64,000 nucleotides of DNA from Planctomycetota bacterium (GCA_965223545.1 OZ245006.1:7264001-7328000); one strand, 5' to 3'; counted from the stretch's first letter, positions 40,758 through 51,015 are shown. Notes: generated by a model not told the origin, from the sequence alone. Made by a program: numbers and translations.

Positions 40758-42029
40758 TCAGCGCGCGTTCTCGACCGCCAACCCGATCCACCACGCTGCC
40801 CCCGACCGCGCCGGCGCGTCGCCACCGAAGTAGAACAGCCAGTGTCGGTAGCTGGCGCCGCCGTCGGGCACGATCTCGACCGCGGGCGCGGTGATGCGAC
40901 CGCGGTCCCAGCCGTCTTCGCCGGCGACCAGGATCGGGTTTTCAGGGTGGGGATGCCACTCGATGCCGTCACGGCTGAATGCGTGGTGGAACGCGTGGCG
41001 CGGGCCGCGGCGCTCCTGCCAGTACATGTGCCAGCCTCCGCGCGGGTCGCGCACCACGTCGGGCTGGCCGGCGCCGCGGCCGTCGCTGCCGCGTTGCAGA
41101 GGCCGTGGCCAACGCACCCAGGTCTCGCCGTCGTCGAGCGAGCCGGCGACGCCGACCGACGGCCACTGTCCGCGCCCGTAGGTGACCGCTCCGTACCACG
41201 ACACCAGCCACTCGCCGCAGCGGTGCAGCGACGGCTCTTGCAGGCCGCCTTGCAGGTTGTCGTCGCGGTCGCGATACGGGCGTTCGAACGGCAGCTCGGG
41301 CCACATCACGGCGCCGTGCTTGGTCCACGGGCCGCGGGGAGTCGGCGCAGTTTGCAGCGACAGGTGGTCGCGGCGGTGCTTGCCGCGGTAGCGGTAACGC
41401 AGGGTCAGCATGATCCACTGGCCGGTGCGCTCGTCGAACAGCACGTTGGGGGTCTCGTACTGCCAGCGTTCGTCGTCGTCCGGCAGCACTGCCGGCGTCG
41501 GCGTCGTGCAGCGCAGGCCGCTCGCGTCGGTGTGGGTGTAGAAGATCGCGGTCGGCCAGCGATTCCAACGCCGCACGGGGTGGTTGAACCAGACGTGGAA
41601 GCCGCCGTCGGGGTCCTGCACCGGGCAGGGGTCGGTGCAGTAGCCGCGCTGGTGCAAGTTGGCGTCGAGCGTGCGCGCCGGCGGTCCGCGCACCGCGTCG
41701 CGCACCAAGCGCCCGCGCTTCTCGAACGGACCGGGGAACGCCCATGGCGGCAGCGAGTCGCCGTCGATCGGCGCTGCGGCGGCGATCGCCGCGCGCAGAG
41801 CGAGCGCGGCGGGTGGCGCGACTTCGGGGGGTGCCGCCTCGATGGCCTCCGCCTCGTCAGGCTCGGGCGCAGCGACCTCGGGCTCGACAAGCTCGGGCGC
41901 GGCAACCTCGGGCTTGGGCGCCACCGATGGCTCGCCCGCGGGCGCAAGCGACGGCGATGGCTGCGTCGGCTGGTGCGCACACGCGGCGACCAGCAGCAAC
42001 CCGATGACCGCGCGGCGGTGCGGCCGCAC
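40758..42029 (-). CDS. Lipoprotein with glycoside-hydrolase-like five-bladed beta-propeller
   Basis: LVAAC lipobox, EVAAPE linker repeats, DP/EP/QP blade motifs, SRDGIEW..ENPIL; start uncertain. Confidence 0.65.
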   Translation of the reverse strand: MRPHRRAVIGLLLVAACAHQPTQPSPSLAPAGEPSVAPKPEVAAPELVEPEVAAPEPDEAEAIEAAPPEVAPPAALALRAAIAAAAPIDGDSLPPWAFPGPFEKRGRLVRDAVRGPPARTLDANLHQRGYCTDPCPVQDPDGGFHVWFNHPVRRWNRWPTAIFYTHTDASGLRCTTPTPAVLPDDDERWQYETPNVLFDERTGQWIMLTLRYRYRGKHRRDHLSLQTAPTPRGPWTKHGAVMWPELPFERPYRDRDDNLQGGLQEPSLHRCGEWLVSWYGAVTYGRGQWPSVGVAGSLDDGETWVRWPRPLQRGSDGRGAGQPDVVRDPRGGWHMYWQERRGPRHAFHHAFSRDGIEWHPHPENPILVAGEDGWDRGRITAPAVEIVPDGGASYRHWLFYFGGDAPARSGAAWWIGLAVENAR

Positions 42030-42048
42030 AGCGCCGCGGCAGCCGGCC

Positions 42049-42495
42049 TCAGTCACCGCGCTGGCGCAGGGACAGCGAGCGCGCCACGTCGAACAAGAAC
42101 GCGCACGCGATCTCGGGCTCCTCCAACCGCAACCGGTCGAAGTCGTGCAGCGCCAGGCGATGCACCACCGAGTCACTCACAGCGGCGATCGTCGCGGAGC
42201 GCGGCCGGCCGTCCAGAAAGGTCTGCTCGCCAAAGATCGCCACCGGCCGCACGACCGCGATCCTCTGCGGTGTGTCGTCGCCGGCCGCCGCGGTCACCTC
42301 GAGCTCCCCGTCGGTCAGCACGAAGGTGGTCCGCTCGGTGTCGTGCTGGCGGATCAGCACGTCGCCGGCACCGATCTCGAGTCGGTCGGCGTAGCTCAAG
42401 AACAGCGCCCAGTCCGCCTCGCCCTGACGCTCGACGGCCTCGGCCAGGTTGAGCAGGTCCTGCTCGTTGAGGAAGTGGGCGTTCTGCGGTTCCAT
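42049..42495 (-). CDS. Stand-alone cyclic nucleotide-binding domain protein
   Basis: FGEQTFLDGRPRSATI phosphate-binding cassette; no HTH. Confidence 0.9.
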   Translation of the reverse strand: MEPQNAHFLNEQDLLNLAEAVERQGEADWALFLSYADRLEIGAGDVLIRQHDTERTTFVLTDGELEVTAAAGDDTPQRIAVVRPVAIFGEQTFLDGRPRSATIAAVSDSVVHRLALHDFDRLRLEEPEIACAFLFDVARSLSLRQRGD

Positions 42496-42561
42496 CGGCG
42501 TTCGAGTCTACGCGACGCGGCGGCGGACCAGAAGAGCGGATCCGCGCGGGCGGGCCGCGCG

Positions 42562-44472
42562 TCAGCCGGTGGTCGCGGCGCGCCGCATCTCGGTCCAGGC
42601 GCGCTCGCACGTGGCCGGTGCGGGGGCCAGCACGCCGCCGAGCGTGGTGTCCGCCAGGCGAACCACCGAGCGGCGCAGCCTGCCGTCCTCCGGCTGTGGG
42701 CTCAGCGCGGTGGTCGCGGTGGGGGCGCCGAGGTCGGTGGCGCCGAGCTCGACCGCGTGCAGGCGCAGCGCGCCCTGCAGGTCCGGCGGGTGCAGCAGGA
42801 TGAACGCGCCGTCCGCCAGCCGGCGGATCAGGTAGCCGGTCGCATCGCCGGCCCGCACCGGCACGAACATCAGCACCTCGTCGTGCTCCATCGCCAGGGC
42901 GCGCAGGCTGTAGCACTGCACCGGCTCGCGGCGGTTCTTCACTTCGAGCGGCGGCATGCGGACGCCAAAGCCGCGCTCGTTGAGAGCCTGCCAGGTGGAC
43001 GCGCTGATCAGCACCTGGTCGGTACAGGCCACTGCGCCGATGCGCTGAGCGGTGTTGACCGAGTCGCCGAGCACCGTGTACTCGCGCCGGTTGCCGGCGC
43101 CGATGTTGCCGGCCACCATCTCGCCGGTGTTGAGGCCGATGCCCATGGGCAGCGGCCGGTCGACCTCGGAGTGGTAGGCCGCCAGCTGGATCTGCATGGT
43201 CAGCGCGGCCGCCGCGGCGCGCAGCGCGCTCTCGTCGTCGTCGGTGGGAATGCCCCACACCGCCATGATGGCGTCGCCCATGAACTTGTCGATCGAGCCC
43301 CCCTCGCGTTCGACCGTCGGCACCATGCGGTTGAAGTAGCCGTTCATGAAGTTGACCAGCTCCTCCGGTCCCATGCGCTCGGCGAGGGCAGTGAAGCCGA
43401 TCAGGTCGGAGAACAGGATCGTGCCGTGGTGGCGCCGGCCGCCGAGACCGCCGTCGATCTCGCCGGCGAGCACGCGGTCGGTCATCGCCTCGGGCAAGAA
43501 GCGCATCAGGTTGTTGCGCACCGCCGTCTGCGCGGCGACCTCCTCGAGCAGCTGGGCGTTGCGGATCGCGATCGCGACCTGCTGGCCGATCGCCGCCGCC
43601 ATCTCGAGGTCGTCCTGGTCGTAGGGCCGCGCGGCCGAGCGCGTGTCGAGCACCACCAAGCCGACGATCTCGTCGGCCACCAGCAGCGGCACGGCCAGCG
43701 CCGAGCGGATGTTGAGGTCGGCGACGGAGTGGCCGGCGTCGATCGGCTCGTCGCCGCCCTCGCGGTAGATCAGCGCGGCGCGCTTGTCCAGCGCTGCGCG
43801 GCAGATGCTGCGCGACACGGCGAGCGCGGCGCGATCGCCGCGGTCGCGGGAGCGCATCGCCTGCGGCTGCAGCGTCTCGGCGTCGCTGCCCAGCAGCAAG
43901 AAGCCGCGGTGGGTCTGCGGAAACAAGCCCAACAGCACCTCGAGCACCGGGTCGGAGAGCTCGTCGACGGTGCGCTCGCGCGCCAGCACCTCGGCGACGC
44001 GCATCAGGCTCTGCACGCGGCGCTGCAGCACTTCGGGGCTCTTGCTGGTCGACTGCTCGCGCAGCTGGGTCACCGACACGGTGTGCGAGGTCTGTGGCTC
44101 CCGGGCGTCGGCGAGGCCGAACACGGCGGTGCGGTCGCCGGCGCCGTTGCGCCGCTGGCGCAGCCGGAGGCGGGTGGTGCCGAGCCGCAAGATGTCGCCG
44201 TGGCGCATCTGTGCCTGCGTCACCGGGTGCTCGTTGAGGAAGGTGCCGTTCGAGGAATTGGCATCCGTGAGAGTCACGTTGACGCCGTCGAACGTCACCT
44301 GCGCGTGGGTGCGGCTGACCCGTGGATCCGGCACCTCGAGCGAGCACTCGGCGTCGCGGCCGGCGAGCAAGGTGCCGCGCACCGGCACCACCACCCCGGC
44401 GCGCGCGCCGCTGAGGAACACGAGCTCATAGGAGAGGCGCGCAGGGCGGAAATCGTCGCGGGGCGTCGACAT
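42562..44472 (-). CDS. FHA-GAF-adenylate/guanylate cyclase
   Basis: FHA (GR, SRTHA, SSNGT), GAF (SALAVPL), class III cyclase (FSDLIGFT, KFMGD, GDSVNTAQR). Confidence 0.92.
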   Translation of the reverse strand: MSTPRDDFRPARLSYELVFLSGARAGVVVPVRGTLLAGRDAECSLEVPDPRVSRTHAQVTFDGVNVTLTDANSSNGTFLNEHPVTQAQMRHGDILRLGTTRLRLRQRRNGAGDRTAVFGLADAREPQTSHTVSVTQLREQSTSKSPEVLQRRVQSLMRVAEVLARERTVDELSDPVLEVLLGLFPQTHRGFLLLGSDAETLQPQAMRSRDRGDRAALAVSRSICRAALDKRAALIYREGGDEPIDAGHSVADLNIRSALAVPLLVADEIVGLVVLDTRSAARPYDQDDLEMAAAIGQQVAIAIRNAQLLEEVAAQTAVRNNLMRFLPEAMTDRVLAGEIDGGLGGRRHHGTILFSDLIGFTALAERMGPEELVNFMNGYFNRMVPTVEREGGSIDKFMGDAIMAVWGIPTDDDESALRAAAAALTMQIQLAAYHSEVDRPLPMGIGLNTGEMVAGNIGAGNRREYTVLGDSVNTAQRIGAVACTDQVLISASTWQALNERGFGVRMPPLEVKNRREPVQCYSLRALAMEHDEVLMFVPVRAGDATGYLIRRLADGAFILLHPPDLQGALRLHAVELGATDLGAPTATTALSPQPEDGRLRRSVVRLADTTLGGVLAPAPATCERAWTEMRRAATTG

Positions 44473-44692
44473 GAACGGGAGCGGCGCGTGCGGCCTGCGG
44501 GGCTTGGCTGGCCGGCGGCGGCTGAGAGAGACTTGTGCCTCACCCTATTCTGCGTTGCGCGAATGCCAAACCCACGGCCGGTGGCGGGGGACGAGAATCT
44601 TTGCCGCGCGGCGGTGGATTGTCGCTACGTTAGGCGCCGCGGGCGCGGGCTTGGCTCCGGCTCGCGCCACTTCGAAGACCGGTCGGCCGAGC

Positions 44693-45658
44693 ATGCGAAC
44701 GGTGCGTAAGCGCGATAGGATCGGCGCCGACGGCACGGCGCCCAAGCCGTTCCGCGCCCTGGTGTCGGTGCCGGTGTTGCCGTCGATGGTCACCCTCGGC
44801 AACCTGTTCTTCGGGTTTCTCGCGATGGCCAAGGCCGTCGACGCCGTCGTGCTGCAGGGCGCCGCGCCGGTGCTCACCCCCGCCACGCTGGCTCTCTTCG
44901 AGGCGGCCGCGCTGCTGGTGTTCCTGGCGATGGTGTTCGACGCGCTCGATGGCGCGGTGGCGCGGCTCACCAACCAGACCTCGGCGTTCGGCGCGCAGCT
45001 CGACAGCCTGGCGGACGTGGTCACATTCGGCGTGGCGCCGGCGTTCCTCGCCAAGATCCTGATCGACTTCCACGCTCGCGGTCCCGAGGCGCTGCTGCCG
45101 GAGAACGCGAAGATGTACTGGGCGGCGGCCGCGATCTACGTGCTGTGCGCGGCGATGCGCTTGGCGCGCTACAACGTCGAGGGCGACCAGGGCAGCGGCG
45201 ACGAGTTCGTCGGTCTGCCGACGCCGGCGGCGGCCGCGGTGGTGTGTGCTGGGTTGGCGTTCTTCGCCACCCGTGCGGACAACAAGCAGATGATCAGCCG
45301 GTGGGTGCTGCCGCCGGGCACGCTCGAGGCGATCTACGACTACCTCGTGCTCGCGCTGCCGGTGGCGTTGGTCCTGCTCGGGCTGCTGATGGTGAGCCGG
45401 TTTCCGTATCCGCACCTGGTGTCGAGCCTGGTGCGCGGCCGGCACAGCTTTCCGTTCTTGGCGACTCTGGTCGTGGCGGTGTTCGTCGCCGCCATCGAGT
45501 GGCAGTTCGCGCTGGTGTTGGTCTCGGTGAGCTACGTGGTGGTCGGCATCCTGATCGGGCTTTGGCGCCTGCTGCGCGGCGGGAGTCTGGGGCCGCCGGG
45601 GGGAGACCACTCCGGGGCCACGCTCGACGAAGACGCGCTGGACGTGCGGTACAACTGA
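44693..45658 (+). CDS. pssA: CDP-diacylglycerol--serine O-phosphatidyltransferase
   Basis: DALDGAVAR..FGAQLDSLADVVTFGVAP, RLARYN, GLPTPAAA. Confidence 0.85.
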   Translation: MRTVRKRDRIGADGTAPKPFRALVSVPVLPSMVTLGNLFFGFLAMAKAVDAVVLQGAAPVLTPATLALFEAAALLVFLAMVFDALDGAVARLTNQTSAFGAQLDSLADVVTFGVAPAFLAKILIDFHARGPEALLPENAKMYWAAAAIYVLCAAMRLARYNVEGDQGSGDEFVGLPTPAAAAVVCAGLAFFATRADNKQMISRWVLPPGTLEAIYDYLVLALPVALVLLGLLMVSRFPYPHLVSSLVRGRHSFPFLATLVVAVFVAAIEWQFALVLVSVSYVVVGILIGLWRLLRGGSLGPPGGDHSGATLDEDALDVRYN

Positions 45659-47041
45659 GTGGCGTCCACCACGGTCTACCTCGGGCTCGGCGCCAACGTG
45701 GGCGATCGTTCGGCCAACATCCACGCCGCCCTGGAGCGGCTCGAGCGCTGTCCGGGGATCCGCGTGCTGCGGGTCTCGAGTCTGCGCGAGACGGCGCCGT
45801 CGGGGGGGCCACCGCAGGGGCCCTATCTCAATGGCGTCGCCGAGCTGTCGACGACGCTGCCGGCGCCGGCGCTGCTGGCGGTGTGCAAGGCGCTCGAAAC
45901 CGCGGCGGGACGCCGCCTGGATGCCCCCCGCAACGCGCCGCGGCCGCTGGACCTCGACGTGCTGCTGTACGGGGATGAGGAGATCGACACCGCGGCGCTG
46001 ACCGTGCCACACCCGCGCCTTTGGGAGCGGCAGTTCGTGCTGGATCCGCTCGCCGAGCTCGGGGTCACGCCGCCCGCGCAGCCCCGCCGCCCGCTCGTCT
46101 GCGCCACCTCGGCCGAGTTTGCCGCGCTCAGCCGGCGTTGGCTGCGCGGCGGCTGTCGCACCGGGCTGGTGCCGACCATGGGCGCTCTGCACGAGGGGCA
46201 CGCTTCGCTGCTGCGCCGTGCGCGGGGAGAGTGCGACCGCGTGGCGGCGACGATCTTCGTCAACCCGCTGCAGTTCGGCGCTGGCGAGGACTTGGCGCGC
46301 TACCCGCGCACCCTCGAGGCCGACCTGCAGCTGCTGGCGCGGGAGGAGGTCGACGCGGTCTACGTGCCGGCTGCCGACGCGGTCTATCCGCCGGGGTTCT
46401 GCACTCACCTCTCGGTCGGCGAGGAGGCGCGCGAGCTCGAGGGTGCGGCACGCGCCGGTCACTTTGCCGGCGTCGTCACCGTGGTGGCCAAGCTGCTGGC
46501 GGCGGCGCGGCCGGAACGGGCCTACTTCGGCGCCAAGGACGCGCAGCAGGTGGCCGTGCTGCGGCGAATGGTCGCGGACCTCGACTTCGACACCGAGGTC
46601 GTGGAGTGCCCGACGGTGCGCGCCGGTGACGGGTTGGCGCTGTCCAGCCGCAACGCCTATCTCTCGGCGGAGGATCGCCGTGCCGCGACCGCCTTGTCCC
46701 GCGCGCTGCGCGCCGCCGCGGCCGCGTTCGACCGGGGCGAGCGCGCCGCCGCCGCCCTGCTGGCCGCCGCGCGCACGGTGCTCGCCGCCGAGCCCGGCGT
46801 CGCGGTCGAGTACTTGGAGTTGCGGCAATGGCGCGACCTGGCGCCGTTGTCACCCGGCCCGATCGCCGTCGGGCGCTTGCTCGTCGCCGCACGCGTGGGG
46901 GGGACGCGGCTGATCGACAACCTGGTGATCGGCGACCGGGCGGCCGCCACCGGCGGCGAGACCCACGGTCAAACCTCGGGCGCGCGGGGTGATTTGGGTT
47001 TCAACCGCCCTTGTTATCGGGAAAATACCTCGAACGAATGA
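45659..47041 (+). CDS. panC: FolK (HPPK) - PanC (pantoate-beta-alanine ligase) fusion
   Basis: N: LGLGANVG, PRPLDLDVL, VPHPRL.ER.FVL.PL; C: VPTMGALHEGH, FVNPLQF, GAKDAQQ, DGLALSSRN, RLIDN in a single frame. Confidence 0.9.
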   Translation: MASTTVYLGLGANVGDRSANIHAALERLERCPGIRVLRVSSLRETAPSGGPPQGPYLNGVAELSTTLPAPALLAVCKALETAAGRRLDAPRNAPRPLDLDVLLYGDEEIDTAALTVPHPRLWERQFVLDPLAELGVTPPAQPRRPLVCATSAEFAALSRRWLRGGCRTGLVPTMGALHEGHASLLRRARGECDRVAATIFVNPLQFGAGEDLARYPRTLEADLQLLAREEVDAVYVPAADAVYPPGFCTHLSVGEEARELEGAARAGHFAGVVTVVAKLLAAARPERAYFGAKDAQQVAVLRRMVADLDFDTEVVECPTVRAGDGLALSSRNAYLSAEDRRAATALSRALRAAAAAFDRGERAAAALLAAARTVLAAEPGVAVEYLELRQWRDLAPLSPGPIAVGRLLVAARVGGTRLIDNLVIGDRAAATGGETHGQTSGARGDLGFNRPCYRENTSNE

Positions 47042-47228
47042 ACCGGGTGGGCGCTGGCTCCCCGGACGTCGTCGCCGGAGCCGGGGCCGCCAGGTGCCGG
47101 GCTTTCGACGCGCCGGGAGCGGGCTCCACCGCGGTGGTGGCCGACGCCGATACAGAGAACGGGAGCTCCCCCTTTCCCCGGCAGTGCACATCCCCCTTGC
47201 AGCCCGTGACGCATCGCAGGAGGCGCGC

Positions 47229-48122
47229 ATGACGCGCCGTGCCACCGCCTTCGCCAAGGTCAACCTGACGCTGCGCGTCCTGGGCCGCCGCGCGGACGGC
47301 TATCACGACATCGCGTCGTGCATGCACGAGGTCGAGCTCGCCGACGAGCTCTCGTTGCGGCCGCTCGAGCAGGAGGGCGCGATCGCGATCGAGGTGACGG
47401 GGGCGCGCCGCGGGCACGCGGTGCCGGCCGACGCCGACAACTTGGTCTGGCGGGCGACGCAGGCGTTCCGCGCGGCGACCGGCACCCACGCCGGCGTCTC
47501 CTTTACTCTGCACAAGCGCATCCCGGCCGGTGGCGGGCTGGGTGGCGGCAGCGCCGACGCCGCCGCCGCGCTGCGGCTGCTGTGCGCGGAGCACGGTCTG
47601 TCGGCGGACCAGCCGCGCTGGGGCGACGTCGCCGCGTCGCTCGGCGCCGATGTGCCGTTCTTCCTGGCGGGCGGGACCCAGCTGGCGCGCGGCGTCGGTG
47701 AGCGCTTGGAGCGGGTCGCGGGGCCGCCGCGATTCGAGTTCGTGCTGGTGGTGCCGCCGTTCGGTACCGAAACGGCCGCGGTCTACCGCGCCTGGCAGCC
47801 GGCGGCTGCGGGCGAAGTGCAGCGGCCGTTGCTGCCGGCGACGCCGGCGCAGATGTTCAACGACCTGGAGGAGCCCGCCCTGCGCATCCAACCGGCGCTG
47901 GCGGGCCTGCGCGCGCGCATCGTCGCCGCGGGCTACGAGCAGGTGCGGCTGTCGGGCAGCGGCTCGACGATGTTTCTGGCCTTTCCCGAGGCGAGCGCCG
48001 CCGATGCGGCCGCGCGCGCGCTCGGGTTCTTGGCCGATGAGGGTGTGGAGCTCCTGCGGACGCGGTCGGCGGCTCCCACTGAACAACCGATCGAGGGCGA
48101 CAACCGGGGATTGGATCGATGA
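47229..48122 (+). CDS. ispE: 4-diphosphocytidyl-2-C-methyl-D-erythritol kinase
   Basis: AKVNLTL, KRIPAGGGLGGGSADAA, LGADVPFF, LSGSGS. Confidence 0.95.
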   Translation: MTRRATAFAKVNLTLRVLGRRADGYHDIASCMHEVELADELSLRPLEQEGAIAIEVTGARRGHAVPADADNLVWRATQAFRAATGTHAGVSFTLHKRIPAGGGLGGGSADAAAALRLLCAEHGLSADQPRWGDVAASLGADVPFFLAGGTQLARGVGERLERVAGPPRFEFVLVVPPFGTETAAVYRAWQPAAAGEVQRPLLPATPAQMFNDLEEPALRIQPALAGLRARIVAAGYEQVRLSGSGSTMFLAFPEASAADAAARALGFLADEGVELLRTRSAAPTEQPIEGDNRGLDR

Positions 48123-48616
48123 AGATCACGGAGATCCGCATCAAATTGACCAACGACACGCGCAACAAGCTCAAGGCCTATTGCAGCGTCACGTTCGAGA
48201 ACGCGTTCGTCGTGCGCGATCTCAAGGTCATCGAGGGTGGCAAGGGGCTGTTCGTGGCGATGCCGAGCCGCAAGCTCGCCGACCGTTGTCGGCACTGCGG
48301 CGGCAAGAACCACCTGCGGGCGGCGTTTTGCAACTCCTGCGGCGGGCGCCTCGACCCGGACCGGGCCGGCGAGGATGAGCGCGGGCGGGCGCGGCTGCAC
48401 GCCGATCTGGCGCACCCGATCAACTCGAAGTGCCGGCTCGAGCTGCACCGTGCGATCGTCGAGGCGCTGAACGCCGAGGTCGAGCGCAGCCAGCAGGACG
48501 GCTACGTGCCGCCGAGCTTCGACGACTTCGACGAGGTCGAGGACTTCATCGACGAGCGCGAGCTCGAGGCCTACTCGCGGCGCGCGCCCGACCGCGCGGC
48601 CGAGCACGGCGCCTAG
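48119..48616 (+). CDS. spoVG: SpoVG family protein with Zn-ribbon insertion
   Basis: MKITEIRI, GLFVAMPSRK, CRHC..CNSC, DLAHPIN. Confidence 0.9.
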   Translation: MKITEIRIKLTNDTRNKLKAYCSVTFENAFVVRDLKVIEGGKGLFVAMPSRKLADRCRHCGGKNHLRAAFCNSCGGRLDPDRAGEDERGRARLHADLAHPINSKCRLELHRAIVEALNAEVERSQQDGYVPPSFDDFDEVEDFIDERELEAYSRRAPDRAAEHGA

Positions 48617-48629
48617 CGCGACGCGGATC

Positions 48630-49493
48630 ATGGGCCCGAGCATTGCGGTGGTCGGCCCGGGCCGCGTCGGCACGGCGCTCGCTGCGCTGTGGCACCGCGG
48701 AGGCGCCGATCTGCTGGGTTTCGTCGGCCGGCGCGTCGAGGACGCGGCGCGGGCGGCGGTGCGCGCCGGCGGGGGCCGAGCACTGGCGGGCCTCGCGGAG
48801 TGCCACACCGCGGACTGTGTGGTGCTGGCAGTGCCCGACGCCGAGGTCGGCCGAGTGGCGGCTGCGGCCGGGGGCGACGCCGTGCGGCGGGGTGCGCTCT
48901 GGCTGCATACGAGCGGCGCGCTCGACCTCTCCCCGCTGGAACCGCTGATGGCGCGGGGCGCGGCGATCGGGTCTCTGCACCCGGTGTGTCCGGTGCCCGA
49001 TGTCGAGACGGGGATTCGCGTCTTGCCGAGCAAGCCGTGCGTCCTGTCGGGCGACCCGGCGGTGGGCGCCGTGCTGGAGCAGCTCGCCGAGGCGGCGGGG
49101 TTGCGCCCGGTTTGGGCGAGCGGTGGCGACCGCGCGCTCTACCACGCCGCGTGCGCGCTGGCGGCCAACGCCGGCACCGCGCTGTTCGGCGCCGTCGAGG
49201 AGCTGCTGGCCGTCGCGGTGACTCCGGCCGAGGCGCGGGCGTTGACTGCGGCGTTGATGGCGGCGGCTGTGGAGGACTCGGCCGCGCGGGGGGCGGCGGC
49301 GGCGCTGTCCGGACCGGTGCGGCGCGGTGAGCGGGACACGGTGACGCGACACATACGTGCCCTGGCGCAGGCGGCACCACAGCAGCTACCGCTGTACCGC
49401 GCGCTGATGCGCGCCGTCGCCGCGTTGGCCGAACGCGGCGGGTCTCTGAGCGCCGCGCAGCGCCGGGAGTTCGATCAGCTGTTGGGTGACTGA
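48630..49493 (+). CDS. Rossmann-like/DUF2520 oxidoreductase (PanG-like ketopantoate reductase candidate)
   Basis: GPGRVG, HTSGA, SLHP, YHAAC, SGPVRRG..TV.RH. Confidence 0.85.
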   Translation: MGPSIAVVGPGRVGTALAALWHRGGADLLGFVGRRVEDAARAAVRAGGGRALAGLAECHTADCVVLAVPDAEVGRVAAAAGGDAVRRGALWLHTSGALDLSPLEPLMARGAAIGSLHPVCPVPDVETGIRVLPSKPCVLSGDPAVGAVLEQLAEAAGLRPVWASGGDRALYHAACALAANAGTALFGAVEELLAVAVTPAEARALTAALMAAAVEDSAARGAAAALSGPVRRGERDTVTRHIRALAQAAPQQLPLYRALMRAVAALAERGGSLSAAQRREFDQLLGD

Positions 49494-51015
49494 CCCGGAC
49501 CGGGCGCCGCGGCGCCCGCCGGGCTATGGTGCGGCGACTCCGTCCGTCGCCGTGCCGCCCGCTCAGCTGATCGCCAGTGTGTTCGCCAAGGCGCCCGCCC
49601 AGGCCCGGCGCGCGGTGCGGCGTGCGGCGATGGCGGGGGCGGACTGGGTCGAGCTGCGGCTCGACCGGTGGCCGCACGACGCCGCACTGGCGCCGGTGCT
49701 GGAGGCGTCGTCGTTGCCGTGCCTGTTGACTTGCTCGCCCAAGCGGCACGGCGGCGAGTACGAGGGCAGTGCCGCGCGGCGGCGCGCGCTGCTCGAGGCG
49801 GGCCTCGCCGCCGGGGCCAGTGGGGTCGATCTCGCGCACGACGACGACTGGACTCCGTCGCCGTCGCCGCGGCTCTTGGTGCGCTCGTTCCACGCGCCGC
49901 GCGGCACGGCTTGGCCCGCGGATCTCAGCGCGCTGCGCGGCGAGCTGCTGCACGACGGCGGTTGTGCGAAGATCGTGCTCTGGGCCGACGACGTCGCCGA
50001 TTGTGCGCCGTTGCTCGCGCTGTTGGCGGCGACCGACCAGCGCCGGGAGCCGACCTGCGCGTTCGCCATGGGCGAGGCGGTGGCGGCGACGCGGGTGCTG
50101 GCCGCGGCGTTCGGCGCGCCCTGGATCTACGCGTCGGTCGATGCAGGCGCGCCGACGGCGCCGGGGCAGCTCGATCTGCGCGCGCTGCGCGACCTGTATC
50201 GCGTCGCGCAGCTGGGGCCGACGACGCGGCTGTTCGGCGTGCTCGGGCGCGGGGTTTCGGACTCGTTCGGGCCGTGGCTGCACAACCGCGCCTTCCGCCG
50301 GCTCGACGTCGACGGCGTCTACCTGCCGCTGGACACCGCGCGGCCCGGCGACGCAGTTGCGCTGGTGCCGCCGCGGCGTCGCGGTGGCTTCTCCGTGACC
50401 GCACCACACAAGACCGCGGTCGCGTCGATGTGCCACCGCCTCGAGCCACTGGCGGAGGCCGCGGGCGCGGCCAACACGTTGGTGTTCCACGCCGGCGACC
50501 AGTGGGTCGGCGCCAACACCGACGTGCACGGGGTCGAGGAGGCGCTGCGGCGCGCCGGGGTCGATGGTGGTGATGGCGCACCCGCAGCGGTGTTCGGCGG
50601 TGGGGGCGCAGCGCGCGCGGCCGCGGTGGCGCTCGAGCGGCTCGGCTTCGCGCCGCGTATCCTCGTGCGCGACCCCGAGGGCGCGGCGGCGCGGGAGTGG
50701 GGGGAGGCGCGCGGCGTCGAGCTCGGGCCGCTGTCGGCGCCGGCGCTCGATGCGCTCTCGCCGGCGGTCGTGATCAACGCCACCCCGGTGGTCGACCGGC
50801 CGGTCGTCGACGGCTGGTCGCCGGCGCCGGGCACGGCCGCGCTGGACATGGCCTACCGGGTGAAGACCACACCGCTGCTGGCGTCGGTCGACCGGCCGGT
50901 GCACGGTCTGGAGATGTTCTTGACGCAAGCCGCGTGGCAGCTTGCGGCGTTCACCGAGCGCAGCGCGCCGCCGCTCGATGAAGACGAGCTGCGCGCGTTC
51001 TGCCCGGTGCCATGA
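49486..51015 (+). CDS. aroE: Type I 3-dehydroquinate dehydratase - shikimate dehydrogenase fusion (AroD-AroE)
   Basis: VELRLD, SFH, FAMGE, TAPGQ; SVTAPHK, AANT, NTD, GGGGAARA, INATP. Confidence 0.88.
   Translation: MTDPDRAPRRPPGYGAATPSVAVPPAQLIASVFAKAPAQARRAVRRAAMAGADWVELRLDRWPHDAALAPVLEASSLPCLLTCSPKRHGGEYEGSAARRRALLEAGLAAGASGVDLAHDDDWTPSPSPRLLVRSFHAPRGTAWPADLSALRGELLHDGGCAKIVLWADDVADCAPLLALLAATDQRREPTCAFAMGEAVAATRVLAAAFGAPWIYASVDAGAPTAPGQLDLRALRDLYRVAQLGPTTRLFGVLGRGVSDSFGPWLHNRAFRRLDVDGVYLPLDTARPGDAVALVPPRRRGGFSVTAPHKTAVASMCHRLEPLAEAAGAANTLVFHAGDQWVGANTDVHGVEEALRRAGVDGGDGAPAAVFGGGGAARAAAVALERLGFAPRILVRDPEGAAAREWGEARGVELGPLSAPALDALSPAVVINATPVVDRPVVDGWSPAPGTAALDMAYRVKTTPLLASVDRPVHGLEMFLTQAAWQLAAFTERSAPPLDEDELRAFCPVP

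Noticed and set aside
41815..41915. Short tandem repeats
   Set aside because: They encode an EVAAPE linker of the lipoprotein
44587..44612. GAGAATCTT-containing stretch resembling the end of the dispersed repeat
   Set aside because: Match is too short to call a fourth copy
47041..47228. Possible riboswitch before ispE
   Set aside because: No recognisable aptamer consensus
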